From Actinomycetes bacterium (GTDB lineage: Bacteria; Actinomycetota; Actinomycetes; DATJPE01), in contig JANPBY010000027.1 of the NCBI GenBank assembly GCA_031430645.1, positions 3,985-67,984 of the forward strand: 64,000 nt of DNA, given 5' to 3'. The number at the start of each line of letters is the position of its first letter. Within the stretch, counting starts at the first letter, position 1. Positions 36,779 to 50,035 of the stretch are shown here, in pieces. Below the pieces are notes generated by a model. It had not been told where the DNA came from. It worked only from the letters and a program-made list of their open reading frames with translations, and ran no database searches. A program made the position numbers and the translations under genes.

Positions 36779-37896
36779 CAGGCACTCACCCTGGTGGCGC
36801 GCATCAGATCCACGAACCGGTCGAAGAGATAGGCCGAGTCATGAGGTCCTGCAGCGGCTTCAGGGTGGTATTGGACCGAGAACGCGGGGACGTCGAGGCA
36901 GCGAAGGCCTTCGACGACGCCGTCGTTGAGCCCGACGTGGCTGACTTCGACGCGGCCGTACGGAGTGTCGGTCACCACACCCACGGGAGCATCCACGGCA
37001 AACCCGTGGTTCTGTGCCGTGATCTCCACCCGGCCAGTCGCCCGGTCAAGCACCGGCTGGTTGACCCCACGGTGGCCGAAAATCAGTTTGTAGGTCCCGA
37101 AGCCGAGAGCTCGGCCGAGCACCTGGTTGCCGAAGCAGATCCCGAACACTGGGATCTGGCGGTCTAGGGCCGCACGCATCAGCTGGACCGCGTGGTCGGC
37201 GGTCGCGGGATCACCTGGGCCATTGCTGAAGAACACCCCGTCGGCGCCGACTGCCAACAGCTCATCAACCGAAGACGTCGCCGGCAGGACATGGACCTCG
37301 ATCCCGCGTTCCGCCATCCGGTGCGGAGTCATCGCCTTGATGCCAAGGTCGACAGCCGCCACGGTGAACAGGTGCTCCCCTATCGCCGGAACGACGTACG
37401 GCTGCGTGGTCGTCACCTCGCTCACCAGATCCGCACCGGCCATGGTGGGACTCGCCAGCACCCGTGTCAGCAAGGACTGCGGATCGGTGTCGATGCTCGA
37501 GACGCCGACCCGCATCGCGCCGCGATCGCGGAGGTGACGAGTCAGCGCCCGAGTGTCAACGCCGCTGATACCGACGACACCCTGGGCCGATAGTTCCTCG
37601 TCCAGAGTGCGAGTGGCCCGCCAGTTGGAGGGACGCCGCGCTGGGTCGCGGACGACGTACCCGCTGACCCAGATCCGTCCCGATTCGGGATCCTCATCGT
37701 TGACACCGGTGTTGCCGATGTGCGGCGCCGTCATCACGACCACCTGCCGGTGGTAGCTCGGGTCGGTGAGCGTTTCCTGATAGCCGGTCATCGCCGTGCA
37801 AAAGACGGCTTCACCAAAGGTCTCCCCCTCAGCGCCGTACGAGGTACCGGTGAAGGTGCGCCCGTCCTCGAGAACAAGGATCGCCGGACCGCTCAT
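36778..37896 (-). CDS. carA: carbamoyl-phosphate synthase small subunit
   Basis: 372 aa with a glutamine amidotransferase triad region (GICFGNQ...H). There is a 1-nt overlap with carB. Confidence 0.95.
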
Positions 37897-39178
37897 GTGA
37901 GGGACCCGTCAAGAACCGTCGGGAGCCCACGGAGGAACGTGGCCACCACTCGGCTCGGCAGAGTCATGCCTGCGTAAGGCGTATTGCGGCTCTTGCTGGC
38001 CAACCGGTGTGGTTCTACGAGCACGCGCCCGGCCGGATCAACCAGGACGAGGTTGGCGGGCTCCCCTAGGGCCACCGGGCGCCCGTGGCTCCCGAGGCGA
38101 CCGATCTGGCCAGGACGAAACGACATCCGATCTGCGACGCCGGCCCAGTCGAGAAGCCCACTCTCGACCATGGTCTCTGCCACGACCCCGAGGGCTTGCT
38201 CAAGACCCAACATGCCGAAGGCGGCCGCGGCCCATTCGCAGTCCTTGTCCTCCACCGCGTGCGGTGCGTGGTCGGTCGCGACGGCATCGATGGTGCCGTC
38301 GGCAAGAGCCTCCCGAAGAGCCTCAACATCGGCCTTGGTCCGCAACGGTGGATTGACCTTGAACACCGGGTCGTAAGTGGTGACGTGGTCGTCGGTGAGG
38401 AGGAGGTGGTGAGGGGTGACCTCTGCCGTGACGTCGATGCCACGCGCTTTAGCGTTCCTGATGATCTCGACGGTGCCGGCGGTGGACACATGACAGACAT
38501 GAAGCCGCGACCCCACGTGCTCGGCGAGCAGGACATCCCGGGCGACGATGGCCTCCTCGGCAACCGCCGGCCACCCTTGAAGGCCGAGGATGCCCGACAG
38601 CACCCCTTCGTTCATCTGGGCACCCTCGGTGAGCCGGGGCTCTTGCGCGTGCTGGGCGATGACGCCGTCGAAGGCCTTGACGTACTCCAGAGCGCGCCGC
38701 ATGAGCACTGCGTCATCGACGCAGTGCCCATCATCGGAAAAGACACGGACTCGCGCTGCCGAATCAGCCATGGCGCCGAGCTCGGCCAGTTGTTTGCCCG
38801 CGAGTCCTAGCGTCACCGCGCCAACTGGTTGCACGTCGCAGTGGCCAGCCGCCTGGCCCAGACGCCACACCTGCTCAACGACTCCGGCCGTATCAGCAAC
38901 CGGATCTGTGTTGGCCATCGCGTGCACCGCGGTGAACCCGCCGAGGGCGGCGGCGCGCGAGCCGGTCTCGACCGTCTCAGCGTCCTCACGGCCTGGTTCG
39001 CGCAGGTGGGTGTGCAAGTCGACCAGACCTGGCAGAAGCACCAGACCGTCCGCGTCAAGAATCGTCGCACCCGCCCGGCTCAGGCCCGCGCCGAGCTCGT
39101 CGATCCGTCCATCGGTAAGGACGACGTCGGTGGCTGCGCCACCGAGCAGACGCGCTCCGCGCACAACGAAGGAGCCAC

Positions 39179-39182
<4 letters not shown>
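37893..39182 (-). CDS. pyrC: dihydroorotase
   Basis: 429 aa with metal-binding His motifs ([24 protein letters not shown]). Confidence 0.9.
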
Positions 39183-40827
<1,645 letters not shown>

Positions 40828-40954
40828 TTAAAGGATGTCGAAAACTGGCTTCGATCACTATCGAACGGCCCTCACGCTACCAGGGGATGTGGGGTCGTCC
40901 GAACGGCCCTTTCGGACCCGAAACGCTTGCACAACGACGGTCACCCTCCGTAAC

Positions 40955-40969
40955 GTCACGGTGAGTGAC
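40955..40969. promoter_or_regulatory. BldD box (GTCAC-N5-GTGAC palindrome) in the bldD/pyrR divergent promoter region
   Basis: The sequence GTCACGGTGAGTGAC fits the BldD-box core TNAC-N5-GTNA as a perfect inverted repeat. It lies about 50-65 nt upstream of the bldD start. Confidence 0.5.
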
Positions 40970-41020
40970 CGAGCTCCACGCCCGGTGACGCTCGTGCCCT
41001 GAGGGGGGTGCCGTCCACGA

Positions 41021-41512
41021 ATGACGACTGATTACGCGCGTGCGCTGGGGTCGCGGTTGCGAGCCATCCGCACCCAGCAAGGGCTCTCGCTACACGGAGT
41101 CGAGGAGAAGTCCGACGGACGCTGGAAAGCTGTCGTCGTGGGTTCGTACGAGCGCGGAGACCGCGCCGTCACCGTTCAGCGACTCGCTGAATTGGCCGAC
41201 TTTTACGCAGTGCCAGTGGGGGAACTCCTGCCAGGGGGGGCCGGGGCTGGCTCCGCTGAACCACCGCCACGACTGGTCATCGACCTTGAGCGACTTGGAC
41301 GAGTACCCGCCGAGAAGGCTGGTCCTCTCGCACGCTATTGCTCCACGATCCAGAGCCAACGCGGTGACTACAACGGCCGGGTGCTCTCCGTCCGTTCCGA
41401 CGATCTACGCACTCTCGGGGTGATCTACGACCAGTCACCCAGCGTGCTCGTCGAGCAGTTCATCGCCTGGGGCGTGCTGGACCCTGACGCCCGGCGCGCG
41501 ATCCTCGACTGA
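41021..41512 (+). CDS. bldD: developmental transcriptional regulator BldD (XRE-family HTH, c-di-GMP effector)
   Basis: 163 aa. ARALGSRLRAIRTQQGLSLHGVEEKSDGRWKAVVVGSYERGDRAVTVQRLAELADFYAVPVGELLPG is nearly identical in pattern to the Streptomyces BldD N-domain. The C-terminal domain carries RGD-X8-RSDD (aa 114-128), the bipartite c-di-GMP-binding signature. It is adjacent to and divergent from pyrR, as in Streptomyces. Confidence 0.85.
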   Translation: MTTDYARALGSRLRAIRTQQGLSLHGVEEKSDGRWKAVVVGSYERGDRAVTVQRLAELADFYAVPVGELLPGGAGAGSAEPPPRLVIDLERLGRVPAEKAGPLARYCSTIQSQRGDYNGRVLSVRSDDLRTLGVIYDQSPSVLVEQFIAWGVLDPDARRAILD

Positions 41513-41617
41513 CCCCAGCTGCGCTGAGCGCACAGTCAAAGGCAAGGGCGCAGCAACGAGGCAGGAATGGACCCCCAAGTCACGTGGCCTCTCGACGTGG
41601 CCGAGGCCTGCGCTCGA

Positions 41618-41674
41618 GAAGTGTGCAAAAGGGAGCCCTCCGAGGCCCTTCGGAACCTCCCTTTTGGACACTTC
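41618..41674. terminator. bidirectional hairpin terminator between the convergent bldD and pyk
   Basis: GAAGTGTGCAAAAGGGAG...CTCCCTTTTGGACACTTC is an imperfect 18-bp inverted repeat with 17 of 18 positions paired. An inner GC hairpin is present. A-tracts and T-tracts on the stem give a U-run on both strands. Confidence 0.6.
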
Positions 41675-41746
41675 TGCCGCCAGGCCCGCTCCCCGTTGCC
41701 GCGCTCTTGCTCGTGCCCTTGCCCTTGACCTCGACCTTGGTCAACC

Positions 41747-43186
41747 TCAGGTGTAGGCGGGTGCCATCAGACCGACTGCGTCGCCCATTCGGTGCACGCG
41801 CATGGCGTTGGTCGAGCCAGGGATCCCAGGAGGAGATCCAGCGACGATGACCACCGCGTCACCGATCTCGCACCGACCGATGTTGAGCAGCGCGGCATCG
41901 ACCTGCTTGACCATCTCGTCGGTGTGCCGCACCGAGGGCACGAGAAAGGTTTCAACACCCCAGGCCACGGCGAGCTGACTGCGCACAGCGGGGTCTGGCG
42001 TGAACGCGAGCAACGGGATGGGGGAACGGTGCCGTGCCAACCGGTGCGCAGACCCGCCCGTTTCGGTGAAGGCAACGAGGAACTTGGCACCGACGATCGC
42101 CCCGACCCGAGCGGCTGACTCGCAGATCGCCCCAGGAGTGCTCGTCGGTCGTCCACGGAGAATAGGGAGATGGTCTCGCGAACCCTCCTCCGCCGTGGTG
42201 ATGATTCTGGCCATCGTCTCGACGGTCTCGATCGGGTAGCGCCCTACTGAGGTCTCTCCCGAGAGCATCAAGGCGTCGGCACCATCGAGCACCGCGTTGG
42301 CGACGTCGGACGCCTCCGCGCGCGTCGGCCGGGACGCTCCGATCATCGACTCCAGCATCTGGGTCGCAACGATGACCGGCTTGGCCTTCTCACGGGCTGC
42401 CGCCACTGTGGCCTTTTGGACGAGTGGAACCTGCTCGAGTGGCAGCTCGACCCCGAGGTCTCCTCGAGCGACCATCACTCCGTCAAAGGCATCCACGATG
42501 GCGTGAATGTTGTCGACAGCCTGCGGCTTCTCGATCTTGGCGAACACCGGGAGGCGGACGCCAGCCTCGTCCATGATCTGGTGGACGGCGACAATGTCCT
42601 GGGCCGAGCGGACGAAGGACAAGGCGACGAGGTCGGCACGCAACGACAAAGCCCAGCGCAGATCCTCCATGTCCTTGTCCGACATCGCCGGAACTGACAC
42701 GGCCACGCCAGGCAGGTTGAGACCCTTGTGATCGGAGACCATGCCGCCCTCGATGACCTCGGTCACGACGCGAGGACCGTCGACCTCGACAACCAGGACG
42801 CTCACCTTGCCATCGTCGATCAAGATTTTGTCACCGACCGCGCAGTCGCCGGGTAGACCCGAGTACGTCGTCGAGCAGACACTCGCATCACCCGGCACGT
42901 CTTCGGTGGTGATCGTGAACCTGGAGCCGTTCTGCAGCAGCTGGGGTCCGGAGGCGAACGCACCGAGCCGAATCTTGGGACCCTGCAAGTCGACGAGGAT
43001 GCCGACGCCGCGGCCGGCCTCGTCTGCTGCCTGTCGAACGTTGCGATAGACCGCCTCATGCACCTCATAGGTGCCGTGGCTGAGATTCAGCCGAGCCACA
43101 TCCATCCCCGCCGCAACGAGGTCCCGGATCTGGTCGAGGGATGAGGTGGAAGGTCCGAGAGTGCAGACGATCTTGGCGCGGCGCAT
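41747..43186 (-). CDS. pyk: pyruvate kinase
   Basis: 479 aa, MRRAKIVCTLGPSTSS...NLSHGT...MVARGDLGVE. Confidence 0.95.
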   Translation of the reverse strand: MRRAKIVCTLGPSTSSLDQIRDLVAAGMDVARLNLSHGTYEVHEAVYRNVRQAADEAGRGVGILVDLQGPKIRLGAFASGPQLLQNGSRFTITTEDVPGDASVCSTTYSGLPGDCAVGDKILIDDGKVSVLVVEVDGPRVVTEVIEGGMVSDHKGLNLPGVAVSVPAMSDKDMEDLRWALSLRADLVALSFVRSAQDIVAVHQIMDEAGVRLPVFAKIEKPQAVDNIHAIVDAFDGVMVARGDLGVELPLEQVPLVQKATVAAAREKAKPVIVATQMLESMIGASRPTRAEASDVANAVLDGADALMLSGETSVGRYPIETVETMARIITTAEEGSRDHLPILRGRPTSTPGAICESAARVGAIVGAKFLVAFTETGGSAHRLARHRSPIPLLAFTPDPAVRSQLAVAWGVETFLVPSVRHTDEMVKQVDAALLNIGRCEIGDAVVIVAGSPPGIPGSTNAMRVHRMGDAVGLMAPAYT

Positions 43187-43219
43187 GGGCTTGACTCTAT
43201 CGATGGGTGACTGGACCCT

Positions 43220-44671
43220 TCAGGCCGTGAGCGGCCGGGCGAAGGGGGAGATCGGTGCAGGCAGCACCGTAGAGCCCGCCAGGTGTCGGTCGACAGCCGC
43301 AGCACACGAGCGACCCTCGGCGATCGCCCACACGATCAAGGACTGGCCACGACCCGCGTCACCAGCAACAAACACGCCCGGCACGTTGGTCTCGTAGGAA
43401 TTGTCGCGAGCGACGGCGCCTCGCGCATCGAGGTCGACTCCGAGCTGATCGATGAGGCCTCCTGATTCCGGGCCGGCAAAGCCCATGGCCAAAAGGACAA
43501 GGTCAGCCGGCAAGTCGCGCTCGGTCCCTGCGACCTCAGCGAAGCGGCCATCCACCGTCTCGACCTCGACGATGCGAAGCGCTCGCAGCTGACCATTGCT
43601 GCCCAGGAAGGCTTGTGTCGAAACAGCAAAGACGCGATCGCCGCCTTCTTCGTGAGCGCTGGAGGTGCGATAGATCAGGGGGTAGGTCGGCCAGGGCTGG
43701 GTTCCTGGACGTTGCCCCGGCGGCGTTGGCATGATCTCGAGCTGGGTGACCGATGAAGCGCCCTGCCTGTGGGCTGTACCGAGGCAGTCCGCGCCAGTGT
43801 CCCCGCCGCCAAGGATTACGACGTGCTTCCCGGCCGCGCTGATCGGCGGTTCGTCGAAGTCGCCCTCCTGGACCCGGTTGGCCCAAGGCAGGAACTCCAT
43901 GGCTTGGTGGATGCCGGACAGCTCACGGCCCTCGATGGGAAGGTCCCGCGCCCGTGTGGCTCCGGTCGCGACGACCACAGCGTCATAGCGCTTGCGCAGG
44001 TCCGCACCCGTGAGATCCAAGCCGATGGTTACTCCCGACCGGAATCGAGTTCCTTCCGCCTCCATCTGCTTCAACCGGCGGTCCAGATGCCGCTTCTCCA
44101 TCTTGAACTCCGGGATTCCGTAGCGGAGCAGTCCCCCGATTCGGTCGGCCCGTTCGAAGACGACGACCGTGTGTCCGGCGCGGGTCAGTTGTTGAGCAGT
44201 CGCCAGTCCCGCGGGGCCGGAGCCGATCACCGCCACCGTGGATCCGGAGAGCCGCGTCGGCGCCTTCGGCTCCAACCAGCCCTCGTCCCACGCGCGGTCG
44301 ACGATCTCGACCTCCACCTGCTTGATCGTCACTGGATCGGCGTTGATCCCCAGGACACAGGCCGTTTCACAAGGCGCCGGGCACAACCGCCCGGTGAACT
44401 CCGGGAAGTTGTTCGTTGCATGCAATCGTTCCGACGCTTCGTGCCAGTCGCCACGCCAAACCAGGTCATTCCACTCGGGGATGAGGTTGCCCAGCGGGCA
44501 CCCCTGGTGGCAGAACGGGATGCCGCAGTCCATGCACCGCCCGGCCTGAGCTCGCAGCGTTGAGCCATCCATCGCCTCATTGACCTCACGCCAATCCAGG
44601 ATGCGGATGTCCACCGGACGACGGGCAGGGGTCTGTCGAGGTGTTGTCAGGAACCCCTTCGGGTCAGCCAT
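43220..44671 (-). CDS. gltD: glutamate synthase small (beta) subunit
   Basis: 483 aa. Fe-S cysteine clusters are present ([23 protein letters not shown]) together with an FAD/NAD(P) Rossmann motif ([10 protein letters not shown]). Confidence 0.9.
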   Translation of the reverse strand: MADPKGFLTTPRQTPARRPVDIRILDWREVNEAMDGSTLRAQAGRCMDCGIPFCHQGCPLGNLIPEWNDLVWRGDWHEASERLHATNNFPEFTGRLCPAPCETACVLGINADPVTIKQVEVEIVDRAWDEGWLEPKAPTRLSGSTVAVIGSGPAGLATAQQLTRAGHTVVVFERADRIGGLLRYGIPEFKMEKRHLDRRLKQMEAEGTRFRSGVTIGLDLTGADLRKRYDAVVVATGATRARDLPIEGRELSGIHQAMEFLPWANRVQEGDFDEPPISAAGKHVVILGGGDTGADCLGTAHRQGASSVTQLEIMPTPPGQRPGTQPWPTYPLIYRTSSAHEEGGDRVFAVSTQAFLGSNGQLRALRIVEVETVDGRFAEVAGTERDLPADLVLLAMGFAGPESGGLIDQLGVDLDARGAVARDNSYETNVPGVFVAGDAGRGQSLIVWAIAEGRSCAAAVDRHLAGSTVLPAPISPFARPLTA

Positions 44672-47600
44672 GCGAGGCCTCCATGACGGCGAGATCGACG
44701 TCTACTCCCTCTCGCAAGGCGCGCAGCCGCGCCGCGAGCACTCTCTTGTAGTCCCTGGGCATGACCTTGGTGAACCGTGGCAGAGCCGCGTCCGCGTCCT
44801 CGAGCAACCGAGTTGCTACACCGGAGTCGGTCTCCTCACTGTGTCGCCGCAAGACATCAAGCAGGAAGGCAAGATCCTCGCCATCCAGGGGGTCAAGATC
44901 GACCATGTCCCGGTTGACACAGCGGTCGTCCAGATCGAGGACATAGGCGGCTCCGCCGCTCATCCCCGCCGCCAAGTTACGTCCGGTCGGGCCAAGGATC
45001 ACTGCCCGACCACCCGTCATGTATTCGCACGCATGGTCACCCACGCCCTCGACGACCGCTGTGGCGCCGGAGTTGCGCACGCAGAATCGCTCACCGACGG
45101 TGCCGCGCACGAAGAGTTCGCCGGATGTCGCCCCGTACAACAGCACATTGCCGGCGATCGTCTGGTGCTCAGGCACGAAGGTCGCGGTCCGCGGAGGTCG
45201 GACGACGACTCGTCCTCCGGAGAGACCCTTGCCGACGTAGTCGTTGGCATCGCCCTCGAGCCGCAGCGTGACCCCAGGGGGCAGGAAGGCGCCGAAGGAC
45301 TGCCCGGCTGACCCGACAAACGTGAGGTCGATCGTTCCGTCCGGAAGGCCCTTGCCACCAAAGCGCCGCGTGACCTCGTGACCGAGCATGGTCCCGACGG
45401 TGCGGTTGACATTGCGAACGGTGAGCTGGGCGCGCACGGGAACTCCGGACTCGAAGGTCTCGGCGGCCAGAGCAATGAGCTGGTGGTCGAGCGCTCGGTC
45501 AAGTCCGTGGTCCTGAGCGATCTGACTGCTACGCGAAGCGCCTTCTGGCAGGTCCGGCACGTGCAGGATCGGCGTGAGGTCCAGCCCGCTGGCCTTCCAG
45601 TGCTCGACCGCTGTACGGGTGTCGAGAGTCTCGGCTCGACCGATCGCCTCCTCCAACGAACGGAAGCCCAGCCCGGCCAGGATCTCCCGCACTTCGTCGG
45701 CGATGTAGGTGAAGAACGTCTCGACAAACTCCGGTTGTCCGGTGAATCGCCGACGCAGCTCGGGATTCTGGGTGGCCACACCAACCGGGCAGGTATCCAG
45801 ATGGCAGACGCGCATCATCACGCACCCGCTCACCACAAGCGGCGCCGTGGCGAAGCCGTACTCCTCCGCACCCAGGAGCGCAGCAATCACTACGTCACGC
45901 CCGGTCTTGAGCTGCCCGTCGGCCTGAACCACGATCCGGTCCCGTAGCCCGTTGAGCAACAGCGTCTGCTGGGTCTCGGCGAGCCCCAGCTCCCAGGGCG
46001 CACCTGCATGCTTAAGCGAGGTCAACGGCGAGGCGCCGGTGCCCCCATCGTGCCCCGAGATGAGCACCACGTCGGCGTGCGCCTTGGACACGCCGGCAGC
46101 GACCGTCCCGACCCCGACCTCGGAGACGAGCTTCACGTGTATGCGTGCGCGTGGGTTGGCGTTCTTGAGGTCGTGGATGAGCTGGGCCAGATCCTCGATG
46201 GAATAGATGTCGTGGTGCGGCGGCGGTGAGATCAGTCCCACGCCCGGCGTCGAGTGTCGGGTCCGCGCGATCCAGGGATACACCTTGTGAGCTGGCAGCT
46301 GGCCGCCCTCGCCGGGCTTGGCCCCCTGCGCCATCTTGATCTGGATGTCGTCCGCGTTGACGAGGTACTCGCTGGTCACCCCGAACCGTCCGCTCGCTAC
46401 TTGCTTGACCGCCGATCGCTTGGAGTCCCCATTCGGAAGGGGTTGATAGCGGTCGGGGTCCTCCCCTCCTTCACCTGTGTTGGACTTCCCGCCCAACCGG
46501 TTCATCGCGACCGCGAGAGTCTCGTGCGCTTCCTGGCTGATCGAGCCGTAAGACATGGCCCCTGTCGAGAACCGTCGGACGATCGACGTGGTCGCTTCGA
46601 CCTCGTCGATGGGCACGGGTGGGCGGATGCCGTCCCGGAAGGCGAAGAGCCCACGCAACGTCATGAGTCGCTCGGACTGTTCGTCGACCCGGGCGGTGTA
46701 CTCCTTGAAGACGTCATACCGCTTCGCCCTCGTCGAGTGCTGGAGCCGGAAAACGGTCTCCGGATCGAACAGGTGCGGTTCCCCCTCCCTGCGCCATTGG
46801 TACTCGCCGCCGACGTCGAGCCGACGATGGGCTGCCGCAATACCCGACGCCGGGTAAGCCACCGCGTGCCGGCGAGCGACCTCTTCGGCCACGAGGTCCA
46901 TCCCCACCCCGCCCAAGACGGAGTTCGTTCCGGTGAACCAACGGTCCACAACGTCCTGGGCCAGGCCGACCGCTTGGAAAACCTGAGCCCCCCGGTAGGA
47001 GGCAACAGTGGAGATGCCCATCTTGGACATCACCTTGAGGACACCCTTGCCGAGTGCCTTGATCAGGTTCCGGATGGCTTGCTCAGGCGTCACCGCCCCC
47101 AGGGCACCGCTTCGGGCCAGGTCCTCAGCGCTTTCCATGGCGAGATAGGGATTCACCGCGGCAGCGCCATAGCCAATGAGCAGGGCCACATGGTGAACTT
47201 CGCGGACGTCGCCCGCTTCCACGAGCATCGATACGTGGCTGCGACGCTTGGTCCGAGTCAAGTGGTGGTGGACTGCGGAGGTAAGGAGCAGGGACGGGAT
47301 CGGTGCCAGCGTGGCATCGGAATCACGATCGCTCAGGACGAGAAAACGAGCGCCGGCGTCGATGGCCGTGGAGACCTCCGAGCAGATCTGCTCCAGTCGC
47401 CGTTCGAGGCCAGCTCCTCCACCGTCGACGTCATAGAGCCCGCTGACCTTGAGACTGGCAAAGCCGGGCAGATCGCCATCGGCGTTGATGTGCAGGATCT
47501 TGGCGAGCTCGTCATTGTCGATGACGGGAAAGGGCAGGACGACCTGGCGGCATGAAGCAGGGCCTGGCTGCAGGATGTTCCCCTCAGGACCGATGAGCGT

Positions 47601-49196
47601 GCCGAGTGAGGTGACGAGCTCCTCCCGGATCGCATCCAGCGGTGGGTTGGTCACCTGGGCAAACAGCTGGCTGAAGTAGTCGAAGATCAAGCGCGGCCGG
47701 TCTGAGAGCACAGCGATTGGCGAGTCCGTCCCCATCGAGCCAATCGGTTCAGCGGCCAACCGCGCCATCGGGGTGAGCAGGATCCGCAGCTCTTCCTCGG
47801 TGTAGCCGAAGGTCTGTTGCCGGCGCAGGACAGACGCATGAGTGTGGACGATGTGCTCGCGCTCTGGCAGCGCGTCGACGTGCAGCAACCCGGCGTGCAG
47901 CCAGTCGTCATAGGGGTGGGCGGCGGCCAAGTCGGCTTTGATCTCGTCGTCCTCGATGATCCGTCCCGCCTCGGTGTCCACAAGGAACATCCGTCCCGGC
48001 TGCAGTCGGCCCTTTCGAACCACACGGGCTGGGTCGATATCGAGGACACCAACTTCTGAGGCGAGTACAACGAGACCCTCGTCGGTCACCCAGAATCGCC
48101 CTGGCCTAAGACCGTTGCGGTCCAGCACTGCCCCGATCACGGACCCGTCCGTGAACGTGACGCACGCGGGACCGTCCCAAGGCTCCATCAAGGTCGCGTG
48201 GAACTGATAGAAGGCCCGGCGCTCTGGATCCATCGTGGCGTGGTTCTCCCACGCCTCCGGGATCATCATGAGTACGGCGTGCGGCAACGACCGCCCCCCG
48301 AGGTGCAGGAGCTCCAGCGCTTCGTCGAAGGATGCCGAGTCACTGATATCGGGCGTGCAGATCGGGAACAGGTCCGAGAGATCCCCAGGAATCACGTCGC
48401 TGGCAAGCTGCGACTCGCGGGCGCGCATCCAGTTCCGATTGCCCCGCACGGTGTTGATCTCGCCGTTGTGCGCGATGAAGCGGTAGGGGTGCGCCAACGG
48501 CCAGGAAGGGAAGGTGTTCGTGGAGAACCGTGAGTGGACCAGCGCGAGCGCGCTGGAGAACCTCTCGTCTGACAGATCTGGGAAGAACGGCTCGAGTTGG
48601 CCGGTAGTGAGCATGCCCTTATAGACCAAGGTCCGAGAACTCAACGAAGCGAAGTACACCCCGAGGGTCAGTTCCGCGCGCTTGCGCAGCCGGTAGCAGC
48701 GCCTCTCAAGACCTAGACCTGCGGCTCCACCCGGTTCGCTGACGAACAGTTGACGGAACTCCGGCATGACGGCTCGGGCCGTGACGCCGATCTGGTCGGG
48801 CGAGATCGGCAGGTCTCGCCACCCGAGGACGACCAAGCCTTCTTCGGCGGCCAGATCATCGATGCACTCTGCCGCTGAGGCGGAATCATCGACGGGCAAG
48901 AACACAGTGCCGACCGCGTATGAGCCGGCATCCGGGAGCTCGAAGTCGACCACCGCTCGAAAGAACGCATCAGGCACCTGAACGAGCAGGCCTGCCCCAT
49001 CGCCACTTTCCTGATCCGCACCCGAGGCGCCGCGGTGTTCCATGTTGCGCAACGCCGTCAAGGCTTGCTCGACGATGCCGTGGCTCGCTTCGCCGGTCAA
49101 AGTGGCCACGAACGCAACGCCGCAGGCGTCGTGCTCCTGCCGCGCGTCGTACAGCCCCTGAGGGCTCGGCTGCGCGGAAGGAAGGGCCCAGGCCAT
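44664..49196 (-). CDS. gltB: glutamate synthase large (alpha) subunit
   Basis: 1510 aa. An N-terminal amidotransferase domain ([29 protein letters not shown], Cys nucleophile) is followed by FMN and GXGXG domains. Confidence 0.95.
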   Translation of the reverse strand: MAWALPSAQPSPQGLYDARQEHDACGVAFVATLTGEASHGIVEQALTALRNMEHRGASGADQESGDGAGLLVQVPDAFFRAVVDFELPDAGSYAVGTVFLPVDDSASAAECIDDLAAEEGLVVLGWRDLPISPDQIGVTARAVMPEFRQLFVSEPGGAAGLGLERRCYRLRKRAELTLGVYFASLSSRTLVYKGMLTTGQLEPFFPDLSDERFSSALALVHSRFSTNTFPSWPLAHPYRFIAHNGEINTVRGNRNWMRARESQLASDVIPGDLSDLFPICTPDISDSASFDEALELLHLGGRSLPHAVLMMIPEAWENHATMDPERRAFYQFHATLMEPWDGPACVTFTDGSVIGAVLDRNGLRPGRFWVTDEGLVVLASEVGVLDIDPARVVRKGRLQPGRMFLVDTEAGRIIEDDEIKADLAAAHPYDDWLHAGLLHVDALPEREHIVHTHASVLRRQQTFGYTEEELRILLTPMARLAAEPIGSMGTDSPIAVLSDRPRLIFDYFSQLFAQVTNPPLDAIREELVTSLGTLIGPEGNILQPGPASCRQVVLPFPVIDNDELAKILHINADGDLPGFASLKVSGLYDVDGGGAGLERRLEQICSEVSTAIDAGARFLVLSDRDSDATLAPIPSLLLTSAVHHHLTRTKRRSHVSMLVEAGDVREVHHVALLIGYGAAAVNPYLAMESAEDLARSGALGAVTPEQAIRNLIKALGKGVLKVMSKMGISTVASYRGAQVFQAVGLAQDVVDRWFTGTNSVLGGVGMDLVAEEVARRHAVAYPASGIAAAHRRLDVGGEYQWRREGEPHLFDPETVFRLQHSTRAKRYDVFKEYTARVDEQSERLMTLRGLFAFRDGIRPPVPIDEVEATTSIVRRFSTGAMSYGSISQEAHETLAVAMNRLGGKSNTGEGGEDPDRYQPLPNGDSKRSAVKQVASGRFGVTSEYLVNADDIQIKMAQGAKPGEGGQLPAHKVYPWIARTRHSTPGVGLISPPPHHDIYSIEDLAQLIHDLKNANPRARIHVKLVSEVGVGTVAAGVSKAHADVVLISGHDGGTGASPLTSLKHAGAPWELGLAETQQTLLLNGLRDRIVVQADGQLKTGRDVVIAALLGAEEYGFATAPLVVSGCVMMRVCHLDTCPVGVATQNPELRRRFTGQPEFVETFFTYIADEVREILAGLGFRSLEEAIGRAETLDTRTAVEHWKASGLDLTPILHVPDLPEGASRSSQIAQDHGLDRALDHQLIALAAETFESGVPVRAQLTVRNVNRTVGTMLGHEVTRRFGGKGLPDGTIDLTFVGSAGQSFGAFLPPGVTLRLEGDANDYVGKGLSGGRVVVRPPRTATFVPEHQTIAGNVLLYGATSGELFVRGTVGERFCVRNSGATAVVEGVGDHACEYMTGGRAVILGPTGRNLAAGMSGGAAYVLDLDDRCVNRDMVDLDPLDGEDLAFLLDVLRRHSEETDSGVATRLLEDADAALPRFTKVMPRDYKRVLAARLRALREGVDVDLAVMEASHG

Positions 49197-49315
49197 GGGT
49201 CATGCTCCTCGTCGTCCGGTTCGTACCCAGCCCGAGAGAAAGGGCCAGAAGGTGCAGGGACGACGTTGGCCCTGTTGCGGGGAAGACTAACAGAGCAAGT
49301 CGGAGGATCCCTCGC

Positions 49316-50035
49316 TCAGACCGCCACACCGACCACTGACCCGACGACGTAGGTAAGCCCCGCCGCTGCAAGCCCGAACGCCAACTGCCGAAAGCCGGAA
49401 TACCACCAGGTGCGCGCCGTGACACGAGACACCAATGCCCCCGCGCCAAAGAGTCCGATCGATGCCAACACGATGGCGGGAACGAGCGTCGTCGCTCCAA
49501 GGAGGTACGGCAGCAGGGGGATGAACGCTCCCACACAGAACGCCACGAAGGACGACCCAGCGGCGACGTACGGACTGGCGAGTTGCCCTGGGTTGATCCC
49601 TAGCTCGAGCATCACGTGAGTGCTCACGGCACGCTCCGGGTCGAGCGAGATCTGGCGAGCCACCTCGAGGGCGAGCTCGGGATCGACCCCGCGATCGACA
49701 TAGGTCTGAGCAAGCTCGGCCAGCTCCTCATCGGGGCGACGAAGGATCTCGGCTCGCTCGACACCCACCTCACGTTCAGCCAACTCGTTCTGCGAACGCA
49801 CCGAGACGTACTCTCCTGCCGCCATCGAGAAGGCGCCCGCTGCTAGACCTGCGGCGCCAGCCAGAGCGACCGTCGACGCCGCGGCCGACCCACCCGCCAT
49901 TCCGGAGATCAACGCCAAGTTCGAGACCAAACCATCCATGGCTCCGAACACCGAGGCCCGAAGCCAGCCACCGCTGACGTCTTGATGGTCATGGTGGATC
50001 TCCGCTGAAGGCAGGTCCTCTCGGGCGTCACTCAT
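49316..50035 (-). CDS. VIT1/CCC1-family iron/manganese transporter
   Basis: 239 aa with VIT-family TM topology (GAMDGLVSNLALISG, and a central cytoplasmic metal-binding helix region ELAERE...). Confidence 0.8.
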   Translation of the reverse strand: MSDAREDLPSAEIHHDHQDVSGGWLRASVFGAMDGLVSNLALISGMAGGSAAASTVALAGAAGLAAGAFSMAAGEYVSVRSQNELAEREVGVERAEILRRPDEELAELAQTYVDRGVDPELALEVARQISLDPERAVSTHVMLELGINPGQLASPYVAAGSSFVAFCVGAFIPLLPYLLGATTLVPAIVLASIGLFGAGALVSRVTARTWWYSGFRQLAFGLAAAGLTYVVGSVVGVAV

